Below are positions 1 through 9,734 of a stretch of DNA of 64,000 nt, piece by piece. The stretch's first letter is position 1. Each line of letters opens with the position of its first letter. This DNA is from Candidatus Omnitrophota bacterium (GTDB lineage: Bacteria > Omnitrophota > Gorgyraeia > Gygaellales > Profunditerraquicolaceae), in NCBI GenBank assembly GCA_903852325.1, contig CAINQO010000035.1, positions 34,117 through 98,116 of the forward strand, given 5' to 3'. The notes under the pieces were generated by a model. It was given only the letters and a program-made list of their open reading frames with translations, had not been told where the DNA came from and did not search any database. A program made the position numbers and the translations under genes.

Positions 1-308
1 TAAGTAATAATGCCGGCGGGGTGGAAGGTGGAATATCCAACGGACAGGAGATTGTTTTGCGCGCCTGCATGAAACCGATCGCCACGCTGCTTGATCCGCT
101 GGATTCAGTGCACATCCACACTAAAAAACCGGCCAAGGCGGCGGTAGAACGCTCGGACATCTGCGTAGTGGAATCCGCCGGGGTCGTGGCGGAAGCGGCA
201 TGCGCCCTGGTATTGGCGGACGCTTTCCTGGAGAAATTCGGCTCCGACGCTTTAAGGGACATTAAAAATGCCTACGCCGGATATCTGAAACGGATCCGTC
301 ATGCGTAG
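1..308 (+). CDS. aroC: Chorismate synthase, C-terminal fragment (5' end lies outside the window)
   Basis: Translation GGISNGQEIVLRACMKPIATL...RSDICVVESAGVVAEAACALVLADAFL matches the conserved AroC C-terminal block GGIS.GQ.I....KP..S....RHDPCVVPRA.PVAEAM.A. The ORF runs to the window edge. Confidence 0.8.
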   Translation, partial: SNNAGGVEGGISNGQEIVLRACMKPIATLLDPLDSVHIHTKKPAKAAVERSDICVVESAGVVAEAACALVLADAFLEKFGSDALRDIKNAYAGYLKRIRHA

Positions 309-561
309 CCTGATTTACCGGAATGTTAAGATCGAGCGGTATAAAAGCTCCAATCAGCTGCTCTTAAAAGGGGAGATCGCCAATGAGGCCGGGAAATATT
401 ATACGACGGTCGCGGTGCGGGTGATCCTGTTTATCCGGAATATAATCGTGGTCAATGAAGTTTTTTTGATCAATGATCTGCCGAACGGATCGACCAAGGT
501 TTTCGAGCGGCATATTTATGATCTGACTCCGGCCGATTCGATCAATGATCACCCGCTATGA
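301..561 (+). CDS. Hypothetical small protein (doubtful ORF)
   Basis: An 86-aa ORF with no recognisable motifs. An antisense 62-aa ORF (364..552) overlaps it. The region may instead be non-coding leader sequence for spoVG. Confidence 0.15.
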   Translation: MRSLIYRNVKIERYKSSNQLLLKGEIANEAGKYYTTVAVRVILFIRNIIVVNEVFLINDLPNGSTKVFERHIYDLTPADSINDHPL

Positions 562-749
562 GGTTTTTACGGAAAACTGCTATTAGCGGCTTTGTTCTTA
601 AATAATCCGGTTAGAAAAAATCATTCCTTTCGTCTATTTAAGTGAAGGCACGACTTAATGTATGGCGCCCGCCACAAAGATTGGCGGGTCTGCCGCGAAT
701 TGCGGCGGAACATAAGTTAAGTGCTTTAAACTTAAGAGAGGAGTGGGCG

Positions 750-1004
750 ATGGATGAAAATACCATCAGCGTCAGCCGCATTTTTAAGCTGGAAACCGAT
801 TCCAAGCTTAAAGCTTTTGCGGATGTTTCTTTTTCCGGAATCGTGATCAAGGGTTTTAGCGTAGTAGACGGAGAAAAAGGATTATTTGTGAGTATGCCGC
901 GCCATCAGGGTAAAGATGGGAAATGGTATAACACGGTAATTCCCGCCACTAAAGAACTGAAACAGCAGTTCTGCGATGTTGTCCTGGAAGCGTATAAAAG
1001 TTAA
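750..1004 (+). CDS. spoVG: Septation protein SpoVG
   Basis: MDENTISVSRIFKLETDSKLKAFADVSFSGIVIKGFSVVDGEKGLFVSMPRHQGKDGKWYNTVIP closely follows the SpoVG family pattern (V.D.RV..G.NGLFVAMPS.R..DG.....HP). RBS AGAGAGGAGTGGG precedes the ATG at 750. The track ORF starts earlier at 642. Confidence 0.85.
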   Translation: MDENTISVSRIFKLETDSKLKAFADVSFSGIVIKGFSVVDGEKGLFVSMPRHQGKDGKWYNTVIPATKELKQQFCDVVLEAYKS

Positions 1005-1069
1005 ATAAAGATGTGCCCGGGTAAGGGTGGGAAAGATATCCTATCCTTACCCGGTATTTTAACTATGCG

Positions 1070-1573
1070 ATGAATATTTATCTTGTCGGGTTTATGGGTA
1101 CCGGAAAAACTTCTGTCGGCCGGGTGCTGGCGGAACAGAAAAAATGGAATTTTGTCGACCTGGATGAATTGATCGAATTGCAGCAGCAGCGCAGGATCGT
1201 CGACATTTTTGCCAAGTACGGGGAAGCTTATTTCCGCAAGATCGAGAAGAAGGCTTTAAAGCAGGTGGCTACCCAGGATAAATTTGTGGTTGCTTGCGGC
1301 GGCGGGATAGTTTTAGATCCGCAGAACATTAAGCTGATGAAAAAAACCGGGACGGTAGTCTGCCTGTCGGCAAATTGTGAGACGATCTTAAAAAGAGTCT
1401 CCTCCAGCACGCAGCGCCCGATTTTAAATGTGGCCAAGCCCCGGGAGCGTATAGAGCATTTGCTGAAAATGCGCGCCCCTTATTATGCGCAGGCGCACGC
1501 CATTATCGATACTACCGGCGTTTCCGTCAAGCAGGTCGCCGCTAAGATCAGCAGGAAGCTTCTAAAAAAGTAA
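1070..1573 (+). CDS. aroK: Shikimate kinase
   Basis: N-terminal Walker A IYLVGFMGTGKTSVGRVLA, 167 aa. Sits downstream of aroC as in shikimate pathway clusters. Confidence 0.9.
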   Translation: MNIYLVGFMGTGKTSVGRVLAEQKKWNFVDLDELIELQQQRRIVDIFAKYGEAYFRKIEKKALKQVATQDKFVVACGGGIVLDPQNIKLMKKTGTVVCLSANCETILKRVSSSTQRPILNVAKPRERIEHLLKMRAPYYAQAHAIIDTTGVSVKQVAAKISRKLLKK

Positions 1574-2655
1574 TGAATGATTTTGAGGCTTTGGTAAGCT
1601 TGAATCTTATCCCGCAGATAGGCAGCGCGCGGCTGGAGCGGCTGCTTGAGCATTTCGGCCAGCCGGAGGCGATCTTCCGGGCCAGCCGGCAATCTTTAAC
1701 GGCGGTAGTGGGCGAACAGCTTGGCCAAAGTATCCTTGATTTTGATACCGGAAAACTAAAAGCGGATTTGGCTTTGGCGCAAAAGTCGGGGATAAAGGTC
1801 CTTACCCTCCTGGATCAGGAGTATCCTGCGGCGCTAAGGCAGATACCCGGGCCGCCGATGGTGCTGTATTGTTTGGGGCAGATAACTCCGGCGGATAATT
1901 TAGCGGTGGGAATCGTCGGTTCACGCCAGGCATCCTTTTACGGATTAAATAACGCCCAAAATTTTGCCGCGCAGTTAGCGGCCCGGGGGATTACCGTAGT
2001 TTCCGGAATGGCCCGCGGAGTGGATACTTTTGCCCACCGCGGCGCTTTAAAAGCAAAGGGGCGCACCCTGGCGGTGATCGGCAGCGGTTTTAAGCATATT
2101 TATCCGCAGGAAAATGCGGATCTGGCAGAAGAAATTGCTGCTTGCGGGGCGGTAATCTCCGAATTTCCCATGGAGGTAAAACCTTTGCCGCAGAATTTTC
2201 CCCGGCGCAACCGCCTGATCAGCGGCTTAAGCCTGGGAGTTTTGATCACCGAGGCAGCCAGGAACAGCGGGGCCCTGATCACCGCGGATTTCGCTTTGGA
2301 GCAGGGAAAAGAAGTTTTTGCTTTACCCGGAAGGATAGATTCAGCCGGTTCCCTGGGGACTAACGCTTTGCTTAAGCAGGGGGCAAAACTGGTCACCTGC
2401 TGCGAAGATATCCTGGAAGAGCTGAACTTGGTGGATGCGGGAGGCAAAGATATAGAACCGCCGCCGGAAAATAAAATCCCCGCGGACCGCCAGGAAAGAG
2501 AGCTTTACGGGCACATCGGAGACCAGCCGGTGGCGATCGACGAATTAGTGCAAAAATCATCCCTGGCCAGCAGCAGGGTATTGAACCTGCTTTTAAAATT
2601 ACAATTTAAAAAGCTAATCCGGATATTGCCGGGTAAACAGTATATGAGGAATTAA
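1573..2655 (+). CDS. dprA: DNA processing protein DprA/Smf
   Basis: Rossmann-like core GIVGSRQASFYG...GMARGVDTFAHRGAL, 360 aa. Start overlaps the aroK stop (TAATGAATG). Confidence 0.9.
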   Translation: MNDFEALVSLNLIPQIGSARLERLLEHFGQPEAIFRASRQSLTAVVGEQLGQSILDFDTGKLKADLALAQKSGIKVLTLLDQEYPAALRQIPGPPMVLYCLGQITPADNLAVGIVGSRQASFYGLNNAQNFAAQLAARGITVVSGMARGVDTFAHRGALKAKGRTLAVIGSGFKHIYPQENADLAEEIAACGAVISEFPMEVKPLPQNFPRRNRLISGLSLGVLITEAARNSGALITADFALEQGKEVFALPGRIDSAGSLGTNALLKQGAKLVTCCEDILEELNLVDAGGKDIEPPPENKIPADRQERELYGHIGDQPVAIDELVQKSSLASSRVLNLLLKLQFKKLIRILPGKQYMRN

Positions 2656-4713
2656 ATGCCTAAAAATTTAGTGATTGTCGAATCGCCGACCAAAGCCAAA
2701 ACCATCAGCAAGATCCTCGGGGATGATTTCAGGGTAGTTTCCTCGATGGGGCACGTCATCGACCTGCCGGCGAAAAAACTCGGGGTCAATGTTGAGGATA
2801 ACTTTACCCCGGATTATGTGGTGATCCCGGGAAAAAAGAAGATCCTGGCCCAATTGAAAAAAGAAGCCAAAGGAAAAGAAAATATTTATATCGCGACTGA
2901 CCCTGACCGGGAGGGGGAAGCGATCGGCTGGCAGATAAAAGAAAAATTATTCAAGGGTAAAGAAGTCAAGCGGGTCAGTTTCCATGAGATCACCCCGCAC
3001 GCGGTGGCGGAATCTTTTAAAAACGCCAGGGAGTTCGACCTGGAAATGATCCAGGCCCAGGTCGGCCGCCGGGTGCTGGACCGGATGGTGGGTTATTTTC
3101 TGAGCCCTTTACTCTGGAAGAAGCTTGCCCGGGGATTAAGCGCCGGCAGGGTGCAGTCTGTGGGATTGAGGCTGATCGTGGAGAGGGAGCGGCAGATCCA
3201 GGTTTTTGTGCCCAGCGAATATTGGCAGATCGGCGCGGAATTATTCAAGCCCCAGGTGTCCGGGGAGAGCGGTTTTTCCGCGGAACTGGAGAAGATCGGC
3301 GGCGAGAAAGCGCAAATCAAAAACGGCGGCCAGGCCAAGGAGATCTGCGAATTTTTGCGGGATAAAGAATTTAAGGTTCAGGGAGTGAAGAAGTCGGAGA
3401 AGAAGCGTTACCCGCCCGCCCCGTTTATTACCAGCACGATGCAACAGGAAGCGTTCAATAAATTAAGGTTCAACGCCTCCAAAACCATGTTGATCGCCCA
3501 GCAGCTTTACGAAGGGATCGATATCGGCGAGGATAACCCGGTGGGTTTAATTACTTATATGCGTACGGATTCTCCGCATGTCGCCGCCGAAGCGATCCAG
3601 GAGGTGCGCGAGCATATCGGCAGAAGTTTCGGCAAGGATTTTGTCCCGGAGAAGCCCAATGTTTTTAAAGCGAAGAAATCCGCGCAGGAGGCGCACGAAG
3701 CGATCCGCCCCAGCTATGTCTCCCGGAGCCCGGAGAGCCTTAAGGATTTTCTCAATCACGACCAGATCCGGCTTTATACGTTGATCTACAACCGTTTTTT
3801 GGCCAGCCAGATGAAACCGGCGGAGTTCTTAGCGACGGCGGTAGACATCCTGGCGGATAAATATTTATTCGCGGCTAACGGCAGCCATTTGCTTTTTGAG
3901 GGTTTTCTCGCCGCTTACAATAAAGAGGAGGAGGGGGAGGAAAAAGACGAGGAAGAGGAAAAAGAAAAAGATAAGAATAAAAATGTAATTCCTCCTCTGG
4001 AGCAGGGTGAGGTGCTGGGCTTAAAGGGGTTGAATCCTTCGCAGCATTTTACCAAGCCTCCGCCCCGGTATTCGGACAGCTCTTTGATCAAGGCGCTGGA
4101 AGAAGAGGGGATCGGCAGGCCTTCAACCTACGCCCCGATCATTTATACGATCATTTTGCGCGATTATGTGCGCCGGATCAAAGGCTACCTTAATCCTTCC
4201 GAGCTGGGTTTTAAGGTCAATGACCTTTTAGTGGAATACTTCCCCAAGATCCTCGACTTGAAATTTACCGCCGCTATCGAGGAGCAGCTGGATGAGGTGG
4301 AGGAAGGTAAATTGAGCCGGATAAAAGTGCTGGAAGATTTTTACCAGCCGTTTAAGGAAAGCCTGGATTTTGCCCAGGCCAACATCGTCAAGGAAGTGAT
4401 CACTACGGACCAGGTATGCGATAAATGCGGCAAGCCCTTGATCGTGAAGTGGGGCAGGCGCGGAAAATTCTTGAGCTGTTCCGCTTTTCCGGAATGCAAG
4501 AACTCCAAATCGATTACCTCCGGGGTCAAATGCCCGCTGGAAAATTGCGGAGGTGAGCTAATCGAGCGGCGCTCAAAGCGCGGATTTTTCTACGGCTGCT
4601 CGAATTTCCCCAAGTGCACGTTTACTTCGCGTAATTTACCGGATGACAAGGATGAGGCGGAGAAAAAACCCGAAGCACAGCCTGAAGCTAAACCAGAGGA
4701 TAAACAAGAATAA
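2656..4713 (+). CDS. topA: DNA topoisomerase I
   Basis: TOPRIM N-terminus MPKNLVIVESPTKAKTISKILG. C-terminal Cys4 zinc ribbons (CDKCGKPL..., CPLENCGGEL...CSNFPKC). 685 aa. Confidence 0.95.
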   Translation: MPKNLVIVESPTKAKTISKILGDDFRVVSSMGHVIDLPAKKLGVNVEDNFTPDYVVIPGKKKILAQLKKEAKGKENIYIATDPDREGEAIGWQIKEKLFKGKEVKRVSFHEITPHAVAESFKNAREFDLEMIQAQVGRRVLDRMVGYFLSPLLWKKLARGLSAGRVQSVGLRLIVERERQIQVFVPSEYWQIGAELFKPQVSGESGFSAELEKIGGEKAQIKNGGQAKEICEFLRDKEFKVQGVKKSEKKRYPPAPFITSTMQQEAFNKLRFNASKTMLIAQQLYEGIDIGEDNPVGLITYMRTDSPHVAAEAIQEVREHIGRSFGKDFVPEKPNVFKAKKSAQEAHEAIRPSYVSRSPESLKDFLNHDQIRLYTLIYNRFLASQMKPAEFLATAVDILADKYLFAANGSHLLFEGFLAAYNKEEEGEEKDEEEEKEKDKNKNVIPPLEQGEVLGLKGLNPSQHFTKPPPRYSDSSLIKALEEEGIGRPSTYAPIIYTIILRDYVRRIKGYLNPSELGFKVNDLLVEYFPKILDLKFTAAIEEQLDEVEEGKLSRIKVLEDFYQPFKESLDFAQANIVKEVITTDQVCDKCGKPLIVKWGRRGKFLSCSAFPECKNSKSITSGVKCPLENCGGELIERRSKRGFFYGCSNFPKCTFTSRNLPDDKDEAEKKPEAQPEAKPEDKQE

Positions 4714-4808
4714 GGATTAGCTGCAGCCAGGTGTCCTTGCGGGGAGTTTGTGATTAAAGGCGAATGACAACGGAGCAATCTTTTAGAGGCGCCTAAAGAC
4801 ACCAAATT

Positions 4809-5678
4809 ATGGATAAATACATCGAAAAATTCGCCCGCTATCTGGAAATCGAGAAGAATTATTCTTTGCATACGATCATAAATTATAAATTGGACCTGCA
4901 GGGGTTCAATAAATTTGTTTCCGGGACCGAGCTGGAAAAGATCGATTACCTGACCTTGAGAAAATATCTGGCGGTCCTGAAAGAAAAAAATTTCGGTAAC
5001 CGCACCGTCGGGCGCAAGCTTTCCACCCTGCGCAGTTTTTTCCGTTTTCTTTGCCGGGAAGGCCATCTGAAGACCAACCCGATCCTGATGCTTTCCAGCC
5101 CCAAACTGGATAAACGCCTGCCTTCTTTTATGACCGAGGATGAGGTTTACCGGTTGATCGAATCAGCTTTCGCTAAAACCGCCCGGGATGATCTGGGACT
5201 GCGTGACCGGGCGATCCTGGAAGTATTTTATTCCAGCGGCCTGCGTATCTCCGAACTGGTCGGTTTAAACCTGGAGGATATCGATTTTATCAGCGGTATC
5301 CTGAAGGTCAGGGGGAAAGGCAAAAAGGAGCGCATCGTCCCCATCGGAGAAACCGCGCTCTCGGCGGTAAGGAAATACCTGGATAAAAGGAAAAAACAAA
5401 CGGAGGCTTTATTCTTAAACAATCATTCCGTCCGGATCACCGCCCGCGGGGTGCGTTTTGTGCTGGCAAAATACCTTAAGTCCACCGGGATGAAGCCTGG
5501 GGTTTGCGCGCATACTTTCCGGCACTCTTTCGCTACGCATCTTTTAAATCGCGGGGCGGATTTGCGCACGGTGCAGGAGCTGCTGGGCCATGCAAACCTT
5601 TCTTCCACGCAGATTTATACGCATTTAACTACAGACAAATTAAAGAGCGTCTACGATAAGGCGCATCCGCACGCCTAG
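4809..5678 (+). CDS. xerC: Tyrosine recombinase XerC/XerD (CodV-like)
   Basis: C-terminal catalytic motif HTFRHSFATHLLNRGADLRTVQELLGHANLSSTQIYTH. 289 aa. Follows dprA-topA as CodV/XerC does in Firmicutes-like synteny. Confidence 0.85.
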   Translation: MDKYIEKFARYLEIEKNYSLHTIINYKLDLQGFNKFVSGTELEKIDYLTLRKYLAVLKEKNFGNRTVGRKLSTLRSFFRFLCREGHLKTNPILMLSSPKLDKRLPSFMTEDEVYRLIESAFAKTARDDLGLRDRAILEVFYSSGLRISELVGLNLEDIDFISGILKVRGKGKKERIVPIGETALSAVRKYLDKRKKQTEALFLNNHSVRITARGVRFVLAKYLKSTGMKPGVCAHTFRHSFATHLLNRGADLRTVQELLGHANLSSTQIYTHLTTDKLKSVYDKAHPHA

Positions 5679-5723
5679 AAGAACAGCAGTTAGCGGGTAG
5701 TGGTCAGCAGAAGAGGAAGGCCG

Positions 5724-6995
5724 ATGTTTATAATTTATGACTTTGTGTTTTTAATCTTCGCGGTCATTTGCCTGCCGGTTTATTTTATGCGCGGGAAATT
5801 AAGCGGCGCATTTTCCAGGCGCTTGGGTGTCCTGCCGGAACATTTGAATTTGGACCGGCCGATCTGGATCCATGCGGTAAGCGTGGGGGAGGTCAATGCG
5901 GTCAAAGGGCTCCTGTTGCAGCTGCGCCAGGCTTATCCCGGGAAAAAATTGGTAATTTCCACGGTCACCGCCACGGGGAATAAAGTCGCCAGAGAGGTAA
6001 TTAAAGAGGGGGATTTTTTGACTTATCTGCCCCTGGATTTTAGTTTTATCGTGCGCGGCGTATTAAAGAAGATCAACCCCTGCATGTTTATTATCGCCGA
6101 GACCGAGATCTGGCCGAACTTGATCAGCTGTCTGGATAAAGCGGGGATCCCGGTGATCACGGTCAACGGAAGGATCTCGGACCGTTCTTATCGCGGATAC
6201 CGCTTGATCAAATTATTTATCCGGCCGATCCTGCGCAAGGTCTCCCAATTCTGCGTGCAAACCCGGGAGGACGGACGGCGGCTGGAAAATTTAGGGGTGG
6301 AGGCAAAAAAGATCCGGGTGACCGGCAATGTAAAATTCGATATTAATCTTGGCGTTTCCGATGGCCTGGAAGCGAAAGTTTACCGGGATAAACTTTTACT
6401 GGGGGCCTCCGGGCGGTTGCTGGTTTGCGGAAGCACGCATCCGGGGGAAGAAGAATTGATCCTGGATGCCTACCGGAAAATTTTGCCGGCTTTTCCGGAT
6501 TTAAAAATCCTTATTGCTCCCCGGCATCCGGAACGCCGTAAAGAGGTTTGCCGGGTAGTGGAGCAAAAGGGATTTATGCCTTTGCTTATCTCCGCGCTGT
6601 CCGGATTCTGTCCTTCCTGCGTAAATAACCCGGTATTTATTTTGGATACGGTGGGAGAACTGTTCAATTATTATCGGGCCGCGGATATTGTTTTTATCGG
6701 CGGAAGCCTGGTAAAAAAAGGGGGGCACAATATCATTGAGCCGGCCAGTTTAAAGAAACCGGTAATTTTCGGCCCCTACATGTTTAATTTCCGGCAGATC
6801 AGCGAGTTGTTCCTGGCCAATCAGGCCGCGCTTGCCGTTTCCGGCAGCGGGGAATTATCCGAGCGGGTCAAGGAACTCCTCCAGGGCAGCCTTTTAGCCA
6901 AAGGGTTGGCGGAGCGAGCCTACGCATTAATTCTTAAAAATCAGGGAGCAACCCGGAAAAACATAGAGATCATTAAAGAAATAACTAAAACTTAA
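5724..6995 (+). CDS. waaA: 3-deoxy-D-manno-octulosonic acid (Kdo) transferase
   Basis: WIHAVSVGEVNAVKGLL, APRHPER, GGSLVKKGGHNIIEPA and FNF motifs align with E. coli WaaA/KdtA. N-terminal TM helix. Start moved to the internal ATG at 5724, which is preceded by AGAGGAAGG. Confidence 0.9.
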   Translation: MFIIYDFVFLIFAVICLPVYFMRGKLSGAFSRRLGVLPEHLNLDRPIWIHAVSVGEVNAVKGLLLQLRQAYPGKKLVISTVTATGNKVAREVIKEGDFLTYLPLDFSFIVRGVLKKINPCMFIIAETEIWPNLISCLDKAGIPVITVNGRISDRSYRGYRLIKLFIRPILRKVSQFCVQTREDGRRLENLGVEAKKIRVTGNVKFDINLGVSDGLEAKVYRDKLLLGASGRLLVCGSTHPGEEELILDAYRKILPAFPDLKILIAPRHPERRKEVCRVVEQKGFMPLLISALSGFCPSCVNNPVFILDTVGELFNYYRAADIVFIGGSLVKKGGHNIIEPASLKKPVIFGPYMFNFRQISELFLANQAALAVSGSGELSERVKELLQGSLLAKGLAERAYALILKNQGATRKNIEIIKEITKT

Positions 6996-7007
6996 GGGAG
7001 ACTACTT

Positions 7008-7478
7008 ATGGCCGCAGACATTTATATGACCCAGGAAGGTTATGAAAAACTGGTAGGTGAACTGGAATATTTAAAAACCGTCAAACGCCGCCAGCTGGCC
7101 AAAGCGATCGGAGAGGCCCGCGCTTACGGGGATATCAGCGAAAATGCGGAGTATGACGCGGCCAAGGACGCGCAAGCCCACAACGAAAAAGAAATTATGG
7201 AATTAGAGGATAAGCTTTCCCGGGTGCGCATCCTGGATAAAAATATTCCCAAAGACCAGGTTTTGATCGGGGCAAAAGTAAAATTATTGGATATGGATAC
7301 ACAGGAAGAGTTGGAGTATACTCTTGTGTCCGACCTGGAAGCGGATTATAACCAGGCCAAGATCTCCGTCAGTTCTCCGGTAGGTTCAGGTTTGCTGGGG
7401 CATAAAGTTAATGAGGTCGCCGAAATTAAAATCCCCGCGGGGATACTAAAGTATAAAATTATCGAAATAACCCGTTAA
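7008..7478 (+). CDS. greA: Transcription elongation factor GreA
   Basis: MTQEGYEKLVGELEYLKTVKRRQLAKAIGEARAYGDISENAEYDAAKDAQAHNEKEIMELEDKL is a canonical GreA coiled-coil plus FKBP-like C-domain. 156 aa. Confidence 0.95.
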   Translation: MAADIYMTQEGYEKLVGELEYLKTVKRRQLAKAIGEARAYGDISENAEYDAAKDAQAHNEKEIMELEDKLSRVRILDKNIPKDQVLIGAKVKLLDMDTQEELEYTLVSDLEADYNQAKISVSSPVGSGLLGHKVNEVAEIKIPAGILKYKIIEITR

Positions 7479-7497
7479 CTAAAAGGCTTGAGGAAAA

Positions 7498-8250
7498 ATG
7501 AAGATTAAAAAAATATTCAGTTGGCAGGTGGTGCTCGGGTTTAGTTTGATCATGCTTTCCGCCGCCGTTTACGGTATCCATTATCTGATTTTCCGGGATG
7601 CCCGGTATATTTTCAGTTATTTGATCAGCGATACCGCTTTTGTTTTCCTGGAAGTATTCCTGGTGACTATGGTCGTGCACAATCTCCTGGCGCAGCGGGA
7701 AAAACAGGCGCTGTTTAAAAAAATGAACATGGTGATCGGCGCTTTTTTCAGTCAGGTGGGCAAGGAGCTGGTTAAGTTTTGCGTGGCCTTCGACGCCCAG
7801 GGAGAAGAGTTGGCCGCTAAATTCATCGTGCGCAACGAATGGACGGCCAAGCAATTTAAAGACCTGCAGAAGGAGATTTCCGGTTTTTCCTGTGCGGTTG
7901 ACTGCCATAAAGGGGACCTGGAAGGCTTGAAACTATTTTTGGTAAAAAACCGGGGTTTTCTCCTGGCACTTTTGGAGAACCAGAACCTCCTGGAGCACGA
8001 GTCCTTTACCGACCTGCTTTGGGCGGTTTTTCATCTTACGGAAGAACTGGAAGGCAGGCAAACCCTGCAGGGGCTTGATCCGGCGGACTATAAACATCTT
8101 AACGGGGACATCCAGCGGGCTTACCGGCAATTGATCCGCCAGTGGCTCCTGTATATGGAGCATCTTAAGGCGGATTATCCGTATTTGTTTTCCCTGGCGA
8201 TGCGGACCAATCCTTTCGACCGTAAGGCGACGATCCAGGTGCGCGCGTAA
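7498..8250 (+). CDS. Hypothetical membrane protein (2 N-terminal TM helices plus cytoplasmic domain)
   Basis: 250-aa ORF with hydrophobic segments VVLGFSLIMLSAAVYGIHYLIF and FVFLEVFLVTMVVHNLL. No recognisable family motif. Confidence 0.55.
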   Translation: MKIKKIFSWQVVLGFSLIMLSAAVYGIHYLIFRDARYIFSYLISDTAFVFLEVFLVTMVVHNLLAQREKQALFKKMNMVIGAFFSQVGKELVKFCVAFDAQGEELAAKFIVRNEWTAKQFKDLQKEISGFSCAVDCHKGDLEGLKLFLVKNRGFLLALLENQNLLEHESFTDLLWAVFHLTEELEGRQTLQGLDPADYKHLNGDIQRAYRQLIRQWLLYMEHLKADYPYLFSLAMRTNPFDRKATIQVRA

Positions 8251-8253
8251 TTA

Positions 8254-8421
8254 ATGGAATATAAGATCGGGCATTTAAAAGTCGAAATTTTTAAGATCAA
8301 AAACCGGGAAGGTTTCGCCGCGGTTTGTTACGATCATCTTACGGAGGGCAAAACCGTCCAGGAAGCTTACCAGCGGATGGAAAAAGCGCTGCGGCGCAGC
8401 AGTAAAAAGGAAAATGTTTAG
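8254..8421 (+). CDS. Small UPF0150/HicB-like protein (55 aa), below the ORF-track size cut-off
   Basis: Manual translation MEYKIGHLKVEIFKIKNREGFAAVCYDHLTEGKTVQEAYQRMEKALRRSSKKENV. The block GFAAVCYDHLTEGKTVQEAYQRMEKAL matches the UPF0150/HicB-like pattern (G..A.vP.LPGc...G.T.EEA..n.kEA). No HicA partner was seen. Confidence 0.4.
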   Translation: MEYKIGHLKVEIFKIKNREGFAAVCYDHLTEGKTVQEAYQRMEKALRRSSKKENV

Positions 8422-8426
8422 TTTAG

Positions 8427-9344
8427 ATGAAAATTAAATACTGGTTTTTGCTTTCCCGGGTCCCGTTTTTAAGCGTCTTGGTCGCTCCGTATATTTTAGG
8501 TTCCCTTCTGGCCGGGCGCGCTTGCGGGATCTTTAATCTTCCGGTTTTTATCTTCGGATTATCCGGGGCAGTCCTGGTGCAGCTGGTCGCCCACTACAGC
8601 GGGGAAGTGCATGACCTGGCGGAGGACCGCCTGAGCGTGGTATTAGAAAAAAATTTCTTCAGCGGCGGGAGCGGGGTGCTGGTTGAGAACCGCCTTGTCC
8701 CTAAAAATGTAATAATTTTAAACCGGAGTTTTTTATTCCTGGCAGTGGCCGTGGGATTGATCCTGCAGGGTTATTTCCGGACGGGAAGCCTGACCTTGTG
8801 GCTGGGGATGACGGGAATATTCTGCGCTTATTTTTATTCCACCCCTCCGCTGCGCTTGGTCAGCCGGGGAATCGGGGAGCTGCTTATTGCTTACGCTTTC
8901 GGCTGGCTTTCGGTAAATGCCGGGTTTTATCTGCAAGCGGGGAGGTTCGCTATGTTGGGCACCTGGATCTCTATCCCGGTTGCCTGCAGCGTCGCCAATA
9001 TAATCCTGATCAATGAATTTCCGGATTATCTGGCGGATAAGCAGTGTTTAAAGAAGAATATGCTGGTGCGTATCGGTAAAGAGAACGGGTCGCGGGTTTA
9101 CGCGGCTTTAGCGGTGACCGGGGCGCTGGCCTTTATTTTTTCTTTGGCTAAAGGCGTGCCGCTTCAGACGGGGATTTTTTATCTTCCGGTTTTGTTTCTT
9201 TCATTAGGCCTGGCCTACCGGATGCTTAAGGGAGGATACCGGGAGCGGGTTGCGCTGGAAAAAATGTGCGGCCTGACTATCCTGGTAAACCTGGGGACGA
9301 CTTTAAGTTATCTGCTGGGATTATTATTCCGGTATAAATTTTAG
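8427..9344 (+). CDS. UbiA-family aromatic prenyltransferase (MenA-like)
   Basis: Polytopic membrane protein, 305 aa, with the YSTPPLRL motif characteristic of the UbiA/MenA superfamily. Confidence 0.7.
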   Translation: MKIKYWFLLSRVPFLSVLVAPYILGSLLAGRACGIFNLPVFIFGLSGAVLVQLVAHYSGEVHDLAEDRLSVVLEKNFFSGGSGVLVENRLVPKNVIILNRSFLFLAVAVGLILQGYFRTGSLTLWLGMTGIFCAYFYSTPPLRLVSRGIGELLIAYAFGWLSVNAGFYLQAGRFAMLGTWISIPVACSVANIILINEFPDYLADKQCLKKNMLVRIGKENGSRVYAALAVTGALAFIFSLAKGVPLQTGIFYLPVLFLSLGLAYRMLKGGYRERVALEKMCGLTILVNLGTTLSYLLGLLFRYKF

Positions 9345-9356
9345 GAGGAGATTAAA

Positions 9357-9734
9357 ATGTATCAGGTGGAGATTACCCATGATCAGGAGATGGCGTTTAC
9401 GGCCAGGGCCGGGGAAGCGCAGCTGGTGATCGACGCGCAGGGGAAAGGATTTACTCCGCTGGATGCGCTTTTTGCCGGATTAGGCAGCTGTGTCGGGGTG
9501 TATATTCGAAAATACGCCGTGGGCGCAAAATTAGATTTGAAAAATTTTAAGGTTAATGTTTCCGGGGAGCTTTCCGGATCCCCGCTTACTTTTAAACAGG
9601 TCAACGTGCAGATCGATCTTAACGGCTGTCAATTGGATGAACGCAGGCAAAAAGCGCTGTTGGAGTTTATAAAAAATTGCCCGGCGCATAATACTTTAAA
9701 AGGCAACCCAACAGTGGAGTTTAAAATATGCTAG
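9357..9734 (+). CDS. OsmC/Ohr family protein
   Basis: 125 aa with the paired cysteines and C-terminal CPAHNTL motif typical of OsmC-like peroxiredoxins. Confidence 0.8.
   Translation: MYQVEITHDQEMAFTARAGEAQLVIDAQGKGFTPLDALFAGLGSCVGVYIRKYAVGAKLDLKNFKVNVSGELSGSPLTFKQVNVQIDLNGCQLDERRQKALLEFIKNCPAHNTLKGNPTVEFKIC

Noticed and set aside
364-552. 62-aa minus-strand ORF versus 86-aa plus-strand ORF in the aroC-spoVG spacer
   Set aside because: Neither has motifs or a convincing RBS. Only the plus-strand ORF is kept, as a very low-confidence feature, on the basis of the global strand bias.
4809-5678. Phage integrase / mobile element
   Set aside because: Full XerC/XerD-like catalytic motifs with housekeeping neighbours (dprA-topA upstream, waaA downstream). 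No att-like repeats, tRNA or phage genes. Interpreted as the chromosomal dimer-resolution recombinase.
5700-5723. Upstream ATG for waaA
   Set aside because: The ATG at 5724 is immediately preceded by AGAGGAAGG, and the encoded N-terminus then begins with the expected TM helix.
8254-8421. HicA/HicB toxin-antitoxin pair
   Set aside because: Only the HicB-like half is present. The upstream 250-aa membrane protein has no HicA or other toxin signatures, so a TA system is not called.
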